A DNA stretch of 64,000 nucleotides from a virus (lineage: Duplodnaviria > Caudoviricetes): the IMG/VR virus record IMGVR_UViG_3300028048_000097, positions 1 through 64,000 of that record. One strand, 5' to 3'. Numbering within the stretch: position 1 is the stretch's first letter; each line of letters opens with the position of its first letter. Positions 25,915 to 36,622 of the stretch are shown piece by piece. The position numbers and the translations under genes are program-made. Below the pieces are notes generated by a model, which searched no databases, had not been told where the DNA came from, and saw nothing but the letters and a program-made list of their open reading frames with translations.

Positions 25915-26241
25915 ATGGCACGTTTTCCTTACCAATATGTTAATCTAAACGGTATACCAACAATGGAGGTACGCCGTATAACTGTTACTGATACATCTGT
26001 AGACTTTCAATTTAGACCCGATTTTGATAGAACTCCTTTTAGAGGTTTATTATTAATTTATGTTCCTGAGGCAATACCTACTGGAACAACCACTACATTA
26101 CCAATACGTTTTTCTATGGCTGGTAATACTCAAACTGTTACTGTTGCTGGTGGTGCCGATTTAACAGTTGCAGACTTTGGTGGGGTTGGGGTCTATCTTG
26201 TTTATTATGATAGATTTGCTAATATTTTACAATTAATATAA
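25915..26241 (+). CDS. Hypothetical beta-rich protein (cassette gene 2)
   Basis: ATG at 25915 preceded by aaggagga. Confidence 0.75.
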   Translation: MARFPYQYVNLNGIPTMEVRRITVTDTSVDFQFRPDFDRTPFRGLLLIYVPEAIPTGTTTTLPIRFSMAGNTQTVTVAGGADLTVADFGGVGVYLVYYDRFANILQLI

Positions 26242-26248
26242 ACTAACT

Positions 26249-26764
26249 ATGTTTCAATCGCTTAGACCTAATAATCAATTATATATTTTACGAAAGGATA
26301 AACCTGCATTAGAAGTTGGTTCTGTTGTAAGTGTTTCATTACCTGTACCAAAATATCAAATGCAGCCTTCTTTTGGGCAACCCCAAGAAATGGTAGTTGA
26401 TATTGTTGCAAAGGTAAATAACCAAGATGTGACTTATCAAAAAATACCAGCCACCTCAGATATTGCAGATTTTGGGAATGGTGGAATTGTTATTTCAGAT
26501 AGTAGAGAGGCTATGAATTCTGAGGTATTAAGTTTAAAGAAGAAAAGTGCTGATATTATCAACAGTGTTGATTATCATAAAGAGGTTATTACTAATTGCG
26601 AAAGCATTCTTAGTGAATTAAATCCTGAATTTGCTGAAAAACAAGCTCAACAAAAAGAGATCAATTCTTTACGTGAACAAATGGAAGAAATGACTAAAAA
26701 TATGGCAAGTTTAATGGAGGCAAATCGTAAATTAGTCGAAGCGATTGGCAATAAGGAGGAATAA
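26249..26764 (+). CDS. Hypothetical protein with C-terminal coiled coil (cassette gene 3)
   Basis: Uninterrupted 171-aa ORF. Confidence 0.8.
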   Translation: MFQSLRPNNQLYILRKDKPALEVGSVVSVSLPVPKYQMQPSFGQPQEMVVDIVAKVNNQDVTYQKIPATSDIADFGNGGIVISDSREAMNSEVLSLKKKSADIINSVDYHKEVITNCESILSELNPEFAEKQAQQKEINSLREQMEEMTKNMASLMEANRKLVEAIGNKEE

Positions 26765-26766
26765 TC

Positions 26767-26985
26767 ATGAGAATGTGGGAAATTAGAGAAAATACTGGTA
26801 AATACGATTCTGATTATAGAATGGGTATGAAAGATAAAGATCACACGCTCCAGGAAGCATACGATTGTGGCTATGAAGATGGTTACAAAGACGCTATGGA
26901 AGAAGTTGAGGAGCATAAAAGTAACGAACGTTCTGGATATCGTAGCGGTTATCGCGAAGAGTCTGGTTATAGACGTAGACGTTAA
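26767..26985 (+). CDS. Small protein with an Arg-rich RSGY-repeat tail (cassette gene 4)
   Basis: 72-aa ORF preceded by aaggagga. Contains EAYDCGYEDGYKDAM and ends RSGYRSGYREESGYRRRR. Confidence 0.75.
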   Translation: MRMWEIRENTGKYDSDYRMGMKDKDHTLQEAYDCGYEDGYKDAMEEVEEHKSNERSGYRSGYREESGYRRRR

Positions 26986-26987
26986 TT

Positions 26988-27398
26988 ATGAGATTAGATG
27001 CAAGAGATGAATTTCCTTCTGGAATGGAGGAATATTTAGCTCATAATGGATGACATTTTAATAAGAAAATGTTTGAATGAGCTACATCAAATATGTATAA
27101 AACAGATAATTCTGGAAAACGCACATATATATCTCCGTTATCTAAAGAAACTGTAGACGACATGTTACGTCGATATGGTATTACTTTAAATAACAAATAT
27201 GGATATGATTATGTTTTTGCTGCAAATATGTGTAAAGCTGACTACTTAAATTCATCTATAGTAGATGAACAGCATTTAGTTTTATTCGTAAAAGACTATG
27301 TAGATGATAAAGATGGATACCCTGAATTACCATTTACTAGATTTTATGCAGATTGCGTTGGCACAGGAACTCCTATAGAGTGGGAGGATATGCTTTAA
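26988..27398 (+). CDS. Hypothetical protein (cassette gene 5); TGA=Trp
   Basis: ATG at 26988 is in frame with track ORF 27093 through two TGAs (NGWHFNKKMFEWA). Confidence 0.75.
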
Positions 27399-27399
27399 T

Positions 27400-27837
27400 A
27401 TGGTAGTGCAGGATATTTATTTGGAAGATTGGGATTGAAGTGTAAAAATATTTTATGCTGTTGATACATATTATGTTGATGAAATTCTAGGAGAACTTGA
27501 GTCTATTGGATGTACAGAACATGAACTATTAAAAGCAGAAAAAGTATTATCTGCCGGAGATTATAATGTCGGTTTAACATATTCCAATCTTCCAATTAGA
27601 TGTTCTGTTATTGTAATAGGATTAACCTCATCTCCTGCAGAATTTCAAAATACTTTTGATCATGAGAAGGGACATTTAGCTATGCATATTTGTCATGAAT
27701 TAGATATTGACCCCTTTAGTGAAGAATTTCAATATTTAGTTGGTGAGATAGGTACGCTAATGTTTCCAATAGCAGAACATTTTCTATGTAAGCATTGTAG
27801 AAAAAAGTTCATAAAATCTTTTAAAGGCGAGGAGTAA
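27400..27837 (+). CDS. Putative zinc metalloprotease, HExxH (cassette gene 6); TGA=Trp
   Basis: ATG at 27400. FQNTFDHEKGHLAMHI followed by SEEFQY and a C-terminal CKHC. TAA at 27835-27837. Confidence 0.7.
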
Positions 27838-27852
27838 TCTTCGCCTTTTTTA
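27823..27852 (+). terminator. Intrinsic terminator closing the cassette
   Basis: Stem aaaggcgagga / tcttcgccttt with a T-tract. Confidence 0.8.
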
Positions 27853-27884
27853 TTTGTATTTATCGAATAATTTTTGTATATTTG
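27853..27884 (+). promoter_or_regulatory. Bacteroidota primary-sigma promoter (-33 TTTG, -7 TAnnTTTG)
   Basis: tttg at 27853-27856, a 20-nt spacer, then tatatttg at 27877-27884. Confidence 0.75.
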
Positions 27885-27908
27885 CCGATTGACTAAATAC
27901 TTAATATT

Positions 27909-28145
27909 ATGGCTAATAAAGAAACAAAAATAATATCTTTTAGAGGTACTGGTGGATTGAAAGCAGCTGTTATTACTGCTGAAAAGCCAGTTAGATTAAA
28001 AAGGCGTGAAACTGAGCAACAAAAAGAAAAAGAAAGAAGGATACGAGAAGAAGGTGGTATTAAACCTTTTCCTGCTGCGTATAATGGTGGTAGACCTAGA
28101 AGAATTGATGATGGTGGTAGATTAAAACGTAGAAATGAAAAATAG
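27909..28145 (+). CDS. Small highly basic protein
   Basis: 78-aa K/R-rich ORF directly after the promoter. Confidence 0.65.
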   Translation: MANKETKIISFRGTGGLKAAVITAEKPVRLKRRETEQQKEKERRIREEGGIKPFPAAYNGGRPRRIDDGGRLKRRNEK

Positions 28146-28518
28146 TAAATATAAAGTACTTTTAATAGCAATTAAGTACTCTCCTTGAATTTTAGCTGGA
28201 ATTTATTTCTTAGGAACAATTTTAATGTATTTTGGGATATACAGTTCATTACTTTCTTGATTTGGATTTACTGGAATATTTCCACTTATAATATTATGTT
28301 TAAATTCTATTGTATTTGAATTTTGTATTTGACACAGATTACCTTTATACTATATTTTTATCTGTAGTATAATAAACTTATTAAATTGATTAGGTTTATC
28401 AATTTTTATAGGAATGTGATTACATTTTATTACAATAGGATTTTTGATATTGTTAGGAGCTTATTTAAAAAATAAACATAATGAACAAATTAGATTTACT
28501 AAAAACGTGTCTTCGTAA
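28135..28518 (+). CDS. Small multi-pass membrane protein; TGA=Trp
   Basis: ATG at 28135, hydrophobic segments, FEFCIWHRLPLYYI motif, TAA at 28516-28518. Confidence 0.7.
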
Positions 28519-28801
28519 TGCTATATTTAATATAGATTCTGGAAATAGTAATTTAACAGATGAGCAGTGTGAAGATTTAATTGATACTATTAATAAAATA
28601 TCTAATACTCAAAATAAATATAGTAAGTATCAATCTTACAATTATTTAGGTTTAAGTAGAGCTACATTTGATAGGTATATAAAAGATGGAATAATTCCAG
28701 AAGGAAGAAAAGAATCTGGATTTAAAGAGAAATTTTGATATAAGAAAGATTTGGATGAATCCAAAAAGAAAATCAAAAAGAAAATATTAAATTTAAAATA
28801 A
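28481..28801 (+). CDS. Excisionase/MerR-like winged-HTH DNA-binding protein; TGA=Trp
   Basis: SKYQSYNYLGLSRATFDRYIKDGIIPEGRK...FWYKKDL is an HTH_17/Xis-like signature that TGA=Trp completes. Confidence 0.75.
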
Positions 28802-28926
28802 TGGAATATTTACATTTATTTAACACAGAAGAGGAATTTAGAAATTACATACAATCAAATTATATAGAGCCGTGAGTATCAGTAACTCTAGTGAATGGAG
28901 AGTATAGGATTGACTATAATAAATAA
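28801..28926 (+). CDS. 41-aa peptide, possibly a truncated N-terminal module
   Basis: TAATG coupling. MEYLHLFNTEEEFRNYIQSNYIEPWVSVTLVNGEYRIDYNK. Confidence 0.45.
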
Positions 28927-28952
28927 CAGAACTATTCAAAAATGTTTAAAAT

Positions 28953-29435
28953 ATGATTTATTTAGTTTTAATTTCAGTAATATTTTTTACAGCAGGTTTA
29001 ATTTATTTACTTGCTAATTTTGGAATACAAGACAGCTTGTCTCAGTATTATTATTGTTTAAAAGAGAAGAAACTTGGCTATTGTTTTTATCTATATTTAA
29101 CAATAACTGTATTTTTATTAGTACCTGTGTTATGCCAGTTATTTGGTATGTGAGGATTTTTAGCAGCAGCTGGTTTATTATTTGTAGGAGCTTCTGGAGC
29201 ATTTAAAGATGATACAACTCAGCATATAGTACATTCTACTGGAGCTGGAATTTCTGCATTAAGCGCTATTATTATAGTATGTAAAATTCACATGTTAAAA
29301 TATGCATTTTTTGTATTTATTATAGCTTTACTTTTTGCTGGATTAACAAATACTGTAGAAAAATCTTATGTTTTTTGATTAGAAATGATAGCATTCTATA
29401 GTTTATTTTTAGGTTTATTAATATTTTTGATTTAA
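28953..29435 (+). CDS. Multi-pass membrane protein (possible holin or lysis-associated); TGA=Trp
   Basis: 160 aa with about five hydrophobic segments, directly upstream of a spanin-like gene. Confidence 0.65.
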
Positions 29436-30058
29436 TGAAAGACTGAAAATTTTATGCAGGATTGGTTATTGTAGCGATATTTGTAATTTTAACAGTTGTT
29501 GTAATAGAACAACATAAAAAAATAAAACAAACCAATTATGAATTATCTACAGCTGTAATTAATCTTAAAGCTTATGAATCCGAAAATGATAGTTTAATTA
29601 ATAAAAATATAGAATATAATTATACAGTTGAACAATTAAATGCTAGTACAGATTCATTGGTTAGAGAGTTAAATAATGTTAGAAAAGCTCTTAAAATTAA
29701 AGATAAACACATTGCGGAATTACAGTATATTGCGTCACATTCAAGTAAAGTAGATAGTATATTTATTAGAGATACAATTTTTAAAGATAAGGATTTTTGT
29801 TTAGATACTATTATTGCTGATAAATGAGCCAAATTACAGTTAAACTTAAAATATCCTAATGAAATTATAGCAGATTATTCGTTTAATAACGAAACAGTAA
29901 TAGTATCTTCTTCACATAAAGAAACAGTAGAACCTCCACATAAATGTTGATTAATAAGATTATTTCAGAAAAAACATTATGTAACAGAAGTAGAGGTTAT
30001 TCAAAATAATCCTTATTGTGAAAATGATAAGCACAAACATATTAAAATAGTAAATTAA
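29435..30058 (+). CDS. Putative inner-membrane spanin-like (Rz-like) protein; TGA=Trp
   Basis: An N-terminal TM helix followed by a long coiled coil. TAATG overlaps at both ends. Codon 4 is TGA. Confidence 0.55.
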
Positions 30059-33000
30059 TGAGTGCTCAAGATAATGCAACAAAATTAGGCGTCCCAAATA
30101 AAAATCTTGTTTTTGAAACTGCTGGAAGAATTTATGTAAAAGTTCAGGATAGGTTTTATGAACTAGATTTTAGAAATCAAGGAAAAGCGGGAGATACAAA
30201 AATAGAAATAATAAATAATAGTACTAGTAGTCAAGAGATAGATATGAAAGGTTATGTAACTAAAGAATTTTTAAAAGCTTCTTTAAATAGTTATGTAACA
30301 AAACGTAGTTGAAACGATGTTAAAGAAACACAATCTATGCTTGAAAATGCAATGCTTGATGGATTTACAGAATCTATCAATCCTATTACTATTCAAACTA
30401 TGCAAGTTGTAGTTGGTTCAGATCAACTACAATTTGAATTTGTTAATGATTTTACTCATGCTGAAGAAATAGCATATGGACCAAATGTTTATAAAAATAG
30501 TATAGAATTTAACGATCCTGGTAATGGTATTTATATTAAACATTATACCTTAGACGGTCCAACTGAAGTGCGTCCAGAAGATATAGAAAATTCCGAACAA
30601 TTAAAAATGCAGTATTGTCGTTGAAGAATTGCCCCAAATAGATTTGATTTAGGCGATCCTTCAGCTTCTTATTATATTTATATTAAAGTTCCTAGATTGC
30701 AGGATAATGGATCTTGAATAAATTCTTCTAATCCAATAACTATTTATACTAAAACAAACGCAGAAGGAACTAGTGTATATAATCAGTTTGGATTAGGTGA
30801 ATTTGTATTATCAAATACTGCAATAGAAATGGCATCTGAAAGTGATTACTATTATCTTTTGTATGGAATGATTAATAGTGATGATGGTAACGGTAGAAGT
30901 TTTTCTACAATGAACGGTTTTACAGAAATTCTTCCTGGTCAAATTACAGCTTATATTTTTAAAAGTGCATCTGGTGATAGTTATCTGGATTTACGTAAGA
31001 ATGAATTAAAACTCGGAGATGCTTTTCAATGAAACATAAACAATAATAATATTTTATACATAAAAGGTGCTATTGTTGTTGATGATGGTGGAAATGAATC
31101 TTATATGTATCTAGATCGTGGAATTTTCCACAGATATAGATATCCTAATAATGGAGGATGAGCAGAAGCCGATCGTTGTGATGCAGATGTAAATATACAA
31201 GGTAACGTATATTATAAAGGTAATACTGTAGTGTGAACTAATGATAAAGGTATTACCAGTACATATATGTATATTGGTCCTAATTCAAATCCAGATGCTT
31301 CTGGAGACGATACATCTATACACGCATATAATACTTGTGATGACCCTGTAGCTACCGGAGATGAAAATTATGATCCTACTAAAACTTATTTTGACCCTAC
31401 TAATGAAAATTTCTGAAGAGTTTTAGCAAAAGGTGTTCGTGGATATAGTAATCTTATTGCTGATTTATCTAATGAAATGGAAGCTATTGCTTGTGATAAA
31501 GATGGTTATGTTATTAATGAAGATGGCTTAACAGTAACAACACAAGCATCATTATATTATGGTTCTTCTGAAGTAGAATTACATTCAACTGAATCTGGTA
31601 GCACTATAACATTTGATGGCATTATTATAGATACTCATGAAATTGATGATTTAAATCCTCAACCTGAAGATCCTGAAGCACCGAGAAATCCAGAACTTAC
31701 TTATCGTATCTTAGACACAGAACCTGTTTCTTATTCTAAAATAATAGAATTTACAATACCTCATGGATTAAAACTTCCAGAAAAAGGTGAAATTTCTATT
31801 ACAATGAAAAGTAAGAATCAATATGGTGAAGAGGATAATGATACAAGGTCAATTGTTTTTACTTTAGTTGGAGTAAGAAGTGGTAAGGCTTATAGTTTGG
31901 TTCCTAGTGCAAGAAGTGTTAAAAGAGCTGCAAATGGTTTATACGATCCTTCATCTTTTGAATGTGGCGTTGTTTGTAATGGTACGTCAGAAAATGTTGA
32001 TCCAAATGAAGTTATTGTTAAGCGAGTATTTGGTGACACACTTAAAATCTTTGAAAATACGGAAAATGAGTATACTATAGATATTACTGAAATTAATCAG
32101 TATTTTAATGATTTTATTAATGATACTAATTTAAATTGAGACTGATATACTGATGGCAGTGCCATTGATACTACAGATTCTATTACTTTTGGGAATGAGA
32201 CTGATTTTGAAAAAATCACTTTATTTTTATATTATCAAGATCCGTTGAGTTTTAAATGAATGTTATGTGATAAAGAAACCATACTTATTGTTAAAGATGG
32301 TGATCCTGGAAAAGATTTCTCTATTACAGCATCATCTAATGTCTTTATGTATGAAACAGAATCGTCAAAAATTCCAACAAATTCAGTAATAACGCTTAAA
32401 GGTGTTCCAAAAAATATTAAAACTGTTGATCATTATATTTGACAATATAGAATTCCAGATGTACATCAAGACTGAAACTATATAGATCCTCCTTCTGCAC
32501 TATCTTTTAATGATCCTACTAATAAACCTCATTGATGAAAGTCTGATGTTGATGATGAAATGAGTCGTAGTACATTAGTTATTAATGGTCCTATTATAGA
32601 TAATAATGATGTTGATTTACAAGATTTTAATACATATTTTTATAATAATACAACAACAGAACATAGAATGTGTGAATTTCAAGTTACTATTTATTATACA
32701 GAACTTGGTGCCACAACTTCATTATCTGATTCAACTTCGTTACATATTATTAAAGGCGGTGATGGTTCTCTAACTGTTTATTTACCAAATTCTGCTATGA
32801 ATTTTGCTAGTACTGATAAAAAAGGTGTATCTTTGAATTTGGCAGAAAGAACGGAAGTAGTTGCTTATTATGGGTTAGAAAAATTAATTAGTTCTGGGCA
32901 GAACAGGAATAGAATTAATGACGTTACAATTACTAGGTATCAATATACTGATACTGACGGAGTTGTGCATATATATGATTCTGATCCAGGACACTCTCCA

Positions 33001-34449
33001 ATATCTAATTATACTAGAGATAACCCAAATGCTGTAACTGCGAGTTATGATGCGAAAAAGTGTTCAATTACTGTTAGTACAGGTACTAATGATAACGCCG
33101 CAAGTTTTATGGCAAATTCTGGGGAAATTGATGTTGCTATTACAATTCATCTTACTGATAAAGATCCGGAAACTCATGTAATCACTAGAACTATTTATTG
33201 AAATACAGCTAAACAAGGTGAAATTGGTATAGCTAAACAACCTAGGGGTAGAAGTGATTTTAATTCATCGGGATATTGTGGAACTGAATGTTATCAAGGC
33301 ACTCAAGATACAAAAGATACTTGAGATGGCACACTTGCTACTCCACCTCAACCATGAGATCCAGAAAAGAATATATTTTTTGATATTGTAAGAATACCTG
33401 GTACAACACATGATTTAGATCAAACTTATTATTGCGTAAAAGGAGGCCCTAGTGCGGCAGCAAATAAACCAGGTGTTGGTACAAATTGAACAACCCATTG
33501 AAAATTAATGACTTATGCTAATATAGCTGCATCAGTGGCATGAATCGATAAAGGATTAATTGAGGAGCTTACAGTTAAAAAATTAAAAACTAAAGGAGAT
33601 AATTATGTTACAGATATTGTAAAAATAGAAGATAATTGAATAAACGTTATTGATAATAATCAAAACTCAATTATTAATTTATCCACAAATGCTTTACCTC
33701 CAAGTGATAATATTAGTGATAAAACAATAAGTTTTAATGGGATTAATACTACTATTTCAGAGACTACTCATTCTGCTTCAACTAATTTAGTTACAATTTC
33801 AGGTTTAAATACTAGCAGAAGTAATATTACAACAATACCTGCATTTAAGATTAATTGTGACGTGCATTATGATCATAGCGGAGATGGTTCTGGAGATTCA
33901 CTAATAACGAGAGGTGTAAAATTTGAAGTATGGCTTTCTACACAATCAGGTTCAAATACAGGATACTGTATTGATTCTTATCAAGAAGGAGAGGCACAAA
34001 ATTCTTATATAATAAATATACCTTCTTATGTTATCCAATTGGATCCAACTGTAACGTGATATTTAAATTTAATTTGAAGTTATAGCCTTCCTAGTTGTAC
34101 AGATTTTAAGTTAAAAATAAATTCGTTTACAATTACAGTAAAATATCCATCATCTAGTAAAGACGGCACTATTATTGGTGGGAATGGATTTCAGACAAAA
34201 TGAGGAAATAATAGCATTAATGTTAACAATTCTCAATCAAACCATTTAGAAATACGCTCTGATCAATGCAACATTGATGTATCTGGTACTACAACATTAG
34301 GTGGTACTGCACGAGTTACACGAGTTATCAGTAATAATACAAATTCTTATGATATTGTAGGATCTAATCAAATAAAAGCAATATTTGTACAACAGGGTAA
34401 TAGTAGTACATCTTTAACTACAGATGGTTTATATTTTCTTTATGATTAA
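30058..34449 (+). CDS. Large tail/fibre protein (about 1463 aa); TGA=Trp
   Basis: Track ORFs 30058, 30337, 30829, 31477, 32260, 32560 and 33862 share frame 1. Ig-like repeats separated by KDGDPG/AKQGEIG linkers. TAA at 34447-34449. Confidence 0.8.
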
Positions 34450-34451
34450 TT

Positions 34452-35441
34452 ATGGCAACTTCAGATAGTATAAAAATAAAAGCTGGAAATACTACACACA
34501 ATATAAATTTGATGAGATATAAAAAGGGTAGTGATGTTAAAACTATAACTTCAGTATGATATGTAAATAATGGTAATAAAAATTTAGTATGGCCAAAATC
34601 ATATGATGCTGTTTTAGAAATTGTTCCAACTTATAGTGGCAATCTTAATGCAATTCCTGCTAGTGGGACTGGTAATAATCCCATCATATTAAAATATTAT
34701 CTTACTGTGTATCTTCCCAATACAACAGTACCGATTACTGGTTATAATCATACAGAAGTTACCAATTCAGCTAATAACTGAATAAGTATTAAAAACAATA
34801 ATACTGGCGTTACTACATACAATCCGTCTGGATATACAAATAAAGCTAGTGTTACTGTAGAAAATAGAAGTCGAAATGGTTTGCCTGCATTTACTGGCCC
34901 TGATGATAAACAAGACCCAGAATCTGATGGATCGTGAACATATCATATTGATGCTAATAAGCAAGTTATAATAAATAACGTTACTGTTACAGCTTCTGAT
35001 AGTTTAGAATTCACACAGTTAGCTAATTCACCAACTCTTACAGCTACAACTCCAACTAATGTTCAATTAAATTGTTATAATGATATAAATTTAACATCTA
35101 GTTCTAGAAATACACAAAGTAATCCTGCAAATTATACACAAACTACTGTGTATGGTAGAATATCTGGTACTCTTAATTACGAATACACTTTTACTTCTGG
35201 AGCTACGTATGTTGTAAAGCATTATGTAACGGAGTCGATACATTGAGATAGTAGTCAATTATCTAGTGATTCTTCTTGAGCTGTTATAAATCCAATCATA
35301 ACTAATAACGAACGTTTTGAAATAGTTTTAAGAGAAAACACTACTACAAGTGCAAGAAAAGCTATAATCACATTAAAAGCTGGAGGAGAATCACATTCAT
35401 TTGATGTTTGACAAGCAGGTGCTCCAAACACAACTTCTTAA
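34452..35441 (+). CDS. BACON-domain protein (329 aa); TGA=Trp
   Basis: The C-terminal SDSSWAVI...VLRENTTTSARKAIITLKAGGESHSFDVWQAG matches the BACON consensus. TAA at 35439-35441. Confidence 0.75.
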
Positions 35442-35448
35442 TGAAAAA

Positions 35449-35480
35449 TTTGCATAAATAAATTTTATTCATTATATTTG
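35449..35480 (+). promoter_or_regulatory. Bacteroidota primary-sigma promoter for the capsid operon
   Basis: tttg at 35449-35452, a 20-nt spacer, then tatatttg at 35473-35480. Confidence 0.8.
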
Positions 35481-35525
35481 CGACTAATTTAGAGATTTAA
35501 TATGAACTAATATGTTTTAAAATTT

Positions 35526-36590
35526 ATGAATGATTTTGATGCTTTGCTAGAAGATCCCGTAACTGAACCTTCTAGTGAACCTACAAATCAGGAACTAGAA
35601 AATGAGCCTATAAACGATCCTACGAACGATCCTATAGAGCCCACTAATGATCCTGAACCGTCTAATGAAGACGAAAGTTACATTTATTCTTTTTTAAAAG
35701 AAAGAGGTATTAAAGATCCTTCAAAAATCGAATTTATTAATGAAGACGATAGTACTGAAGAAATAGATTTTAATACTTTAAGTAAAGAAGAACAGTTAGA
35801 AATTTTACGGAACGTTACTGATCCGGGTTTAACTGAAAATGAGATTAATACAATTAATTATCTTCGTCAAAACAATGCAACTCTTGAACAAGTTGTAGAT
35901 TATTTTGCACAAAAGAGATTGGATGATTATTTAAAAGAAAATCCGGATAAAGTACATCAGAAAGTGTATTCTATCGATGATTATACTGATGATGATTTAT
36001 ATATCTATGATTTGAAACAAAGATATCCAGACTTTACAGATGAAGAACTTACAGCCGAATTAGATAAAGCTAAGGAAGATGAAGAGATTTTCAAACGTAA
36101 AGCGGAGATGATTAGGACTGCTTTTAAGGAGCAAGAAGATCAGGCTGAGCAAGCTCGTATAGAGCAAGAACAACAGCAGGTTGAAGATTTAAGGAATAAC
36201 TTAATGAACGCTGCTGGTAGATTTAATGAAATCCAGCTTGATTATACGGATGATGAAAGTGATTCATTAATTATAGATGATGAAGATAAAAATGAGATGA
36301 TGTCTTATATTCTTGATCAAGATAGTGAAGGTAAATCACAACTTGTTCGTGATCTAGAAGATCCTGATCGTTTAATTGAACTTGCTTGATTTGCAACACA
36401 AGGCCCCAAAATGATGTCAGAATTAAGTAAGCATTGGAAGAAACAATTATCGGATCTTAGAGCAGAGAATAAGAAACTTCAAGCTAAATCTGATAAGAAT
36501 TCTAAGACTAGTACTTTTGTTGTCCCTCCGACTAAAAAAGAAGAACCTAAGACATATCAATCAGCCTGGGACAACTCAGGACTAATATAA
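35526..36590 (+). CDS. Acidic scaffold-like protein upstream of the MCP; one TGA=Trp
   Basis: D/E-rich and helical, extended through TGA at 36387 to TAA at 36588-36590. Its position before the MCP is typical of crAss-like phages. Confidence 0.75.
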
Positions 36591-36622
36591 TCTAACATTA
36601 ATTAAATTAATTTAAAATTATT

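Noticed and set aside
35560-35670. EP(T/I)ND short repeats in the scaffold-like gene
   Set aside because: This is an ordinary low-complexity acidic linker, not a DNA-level repeat element.
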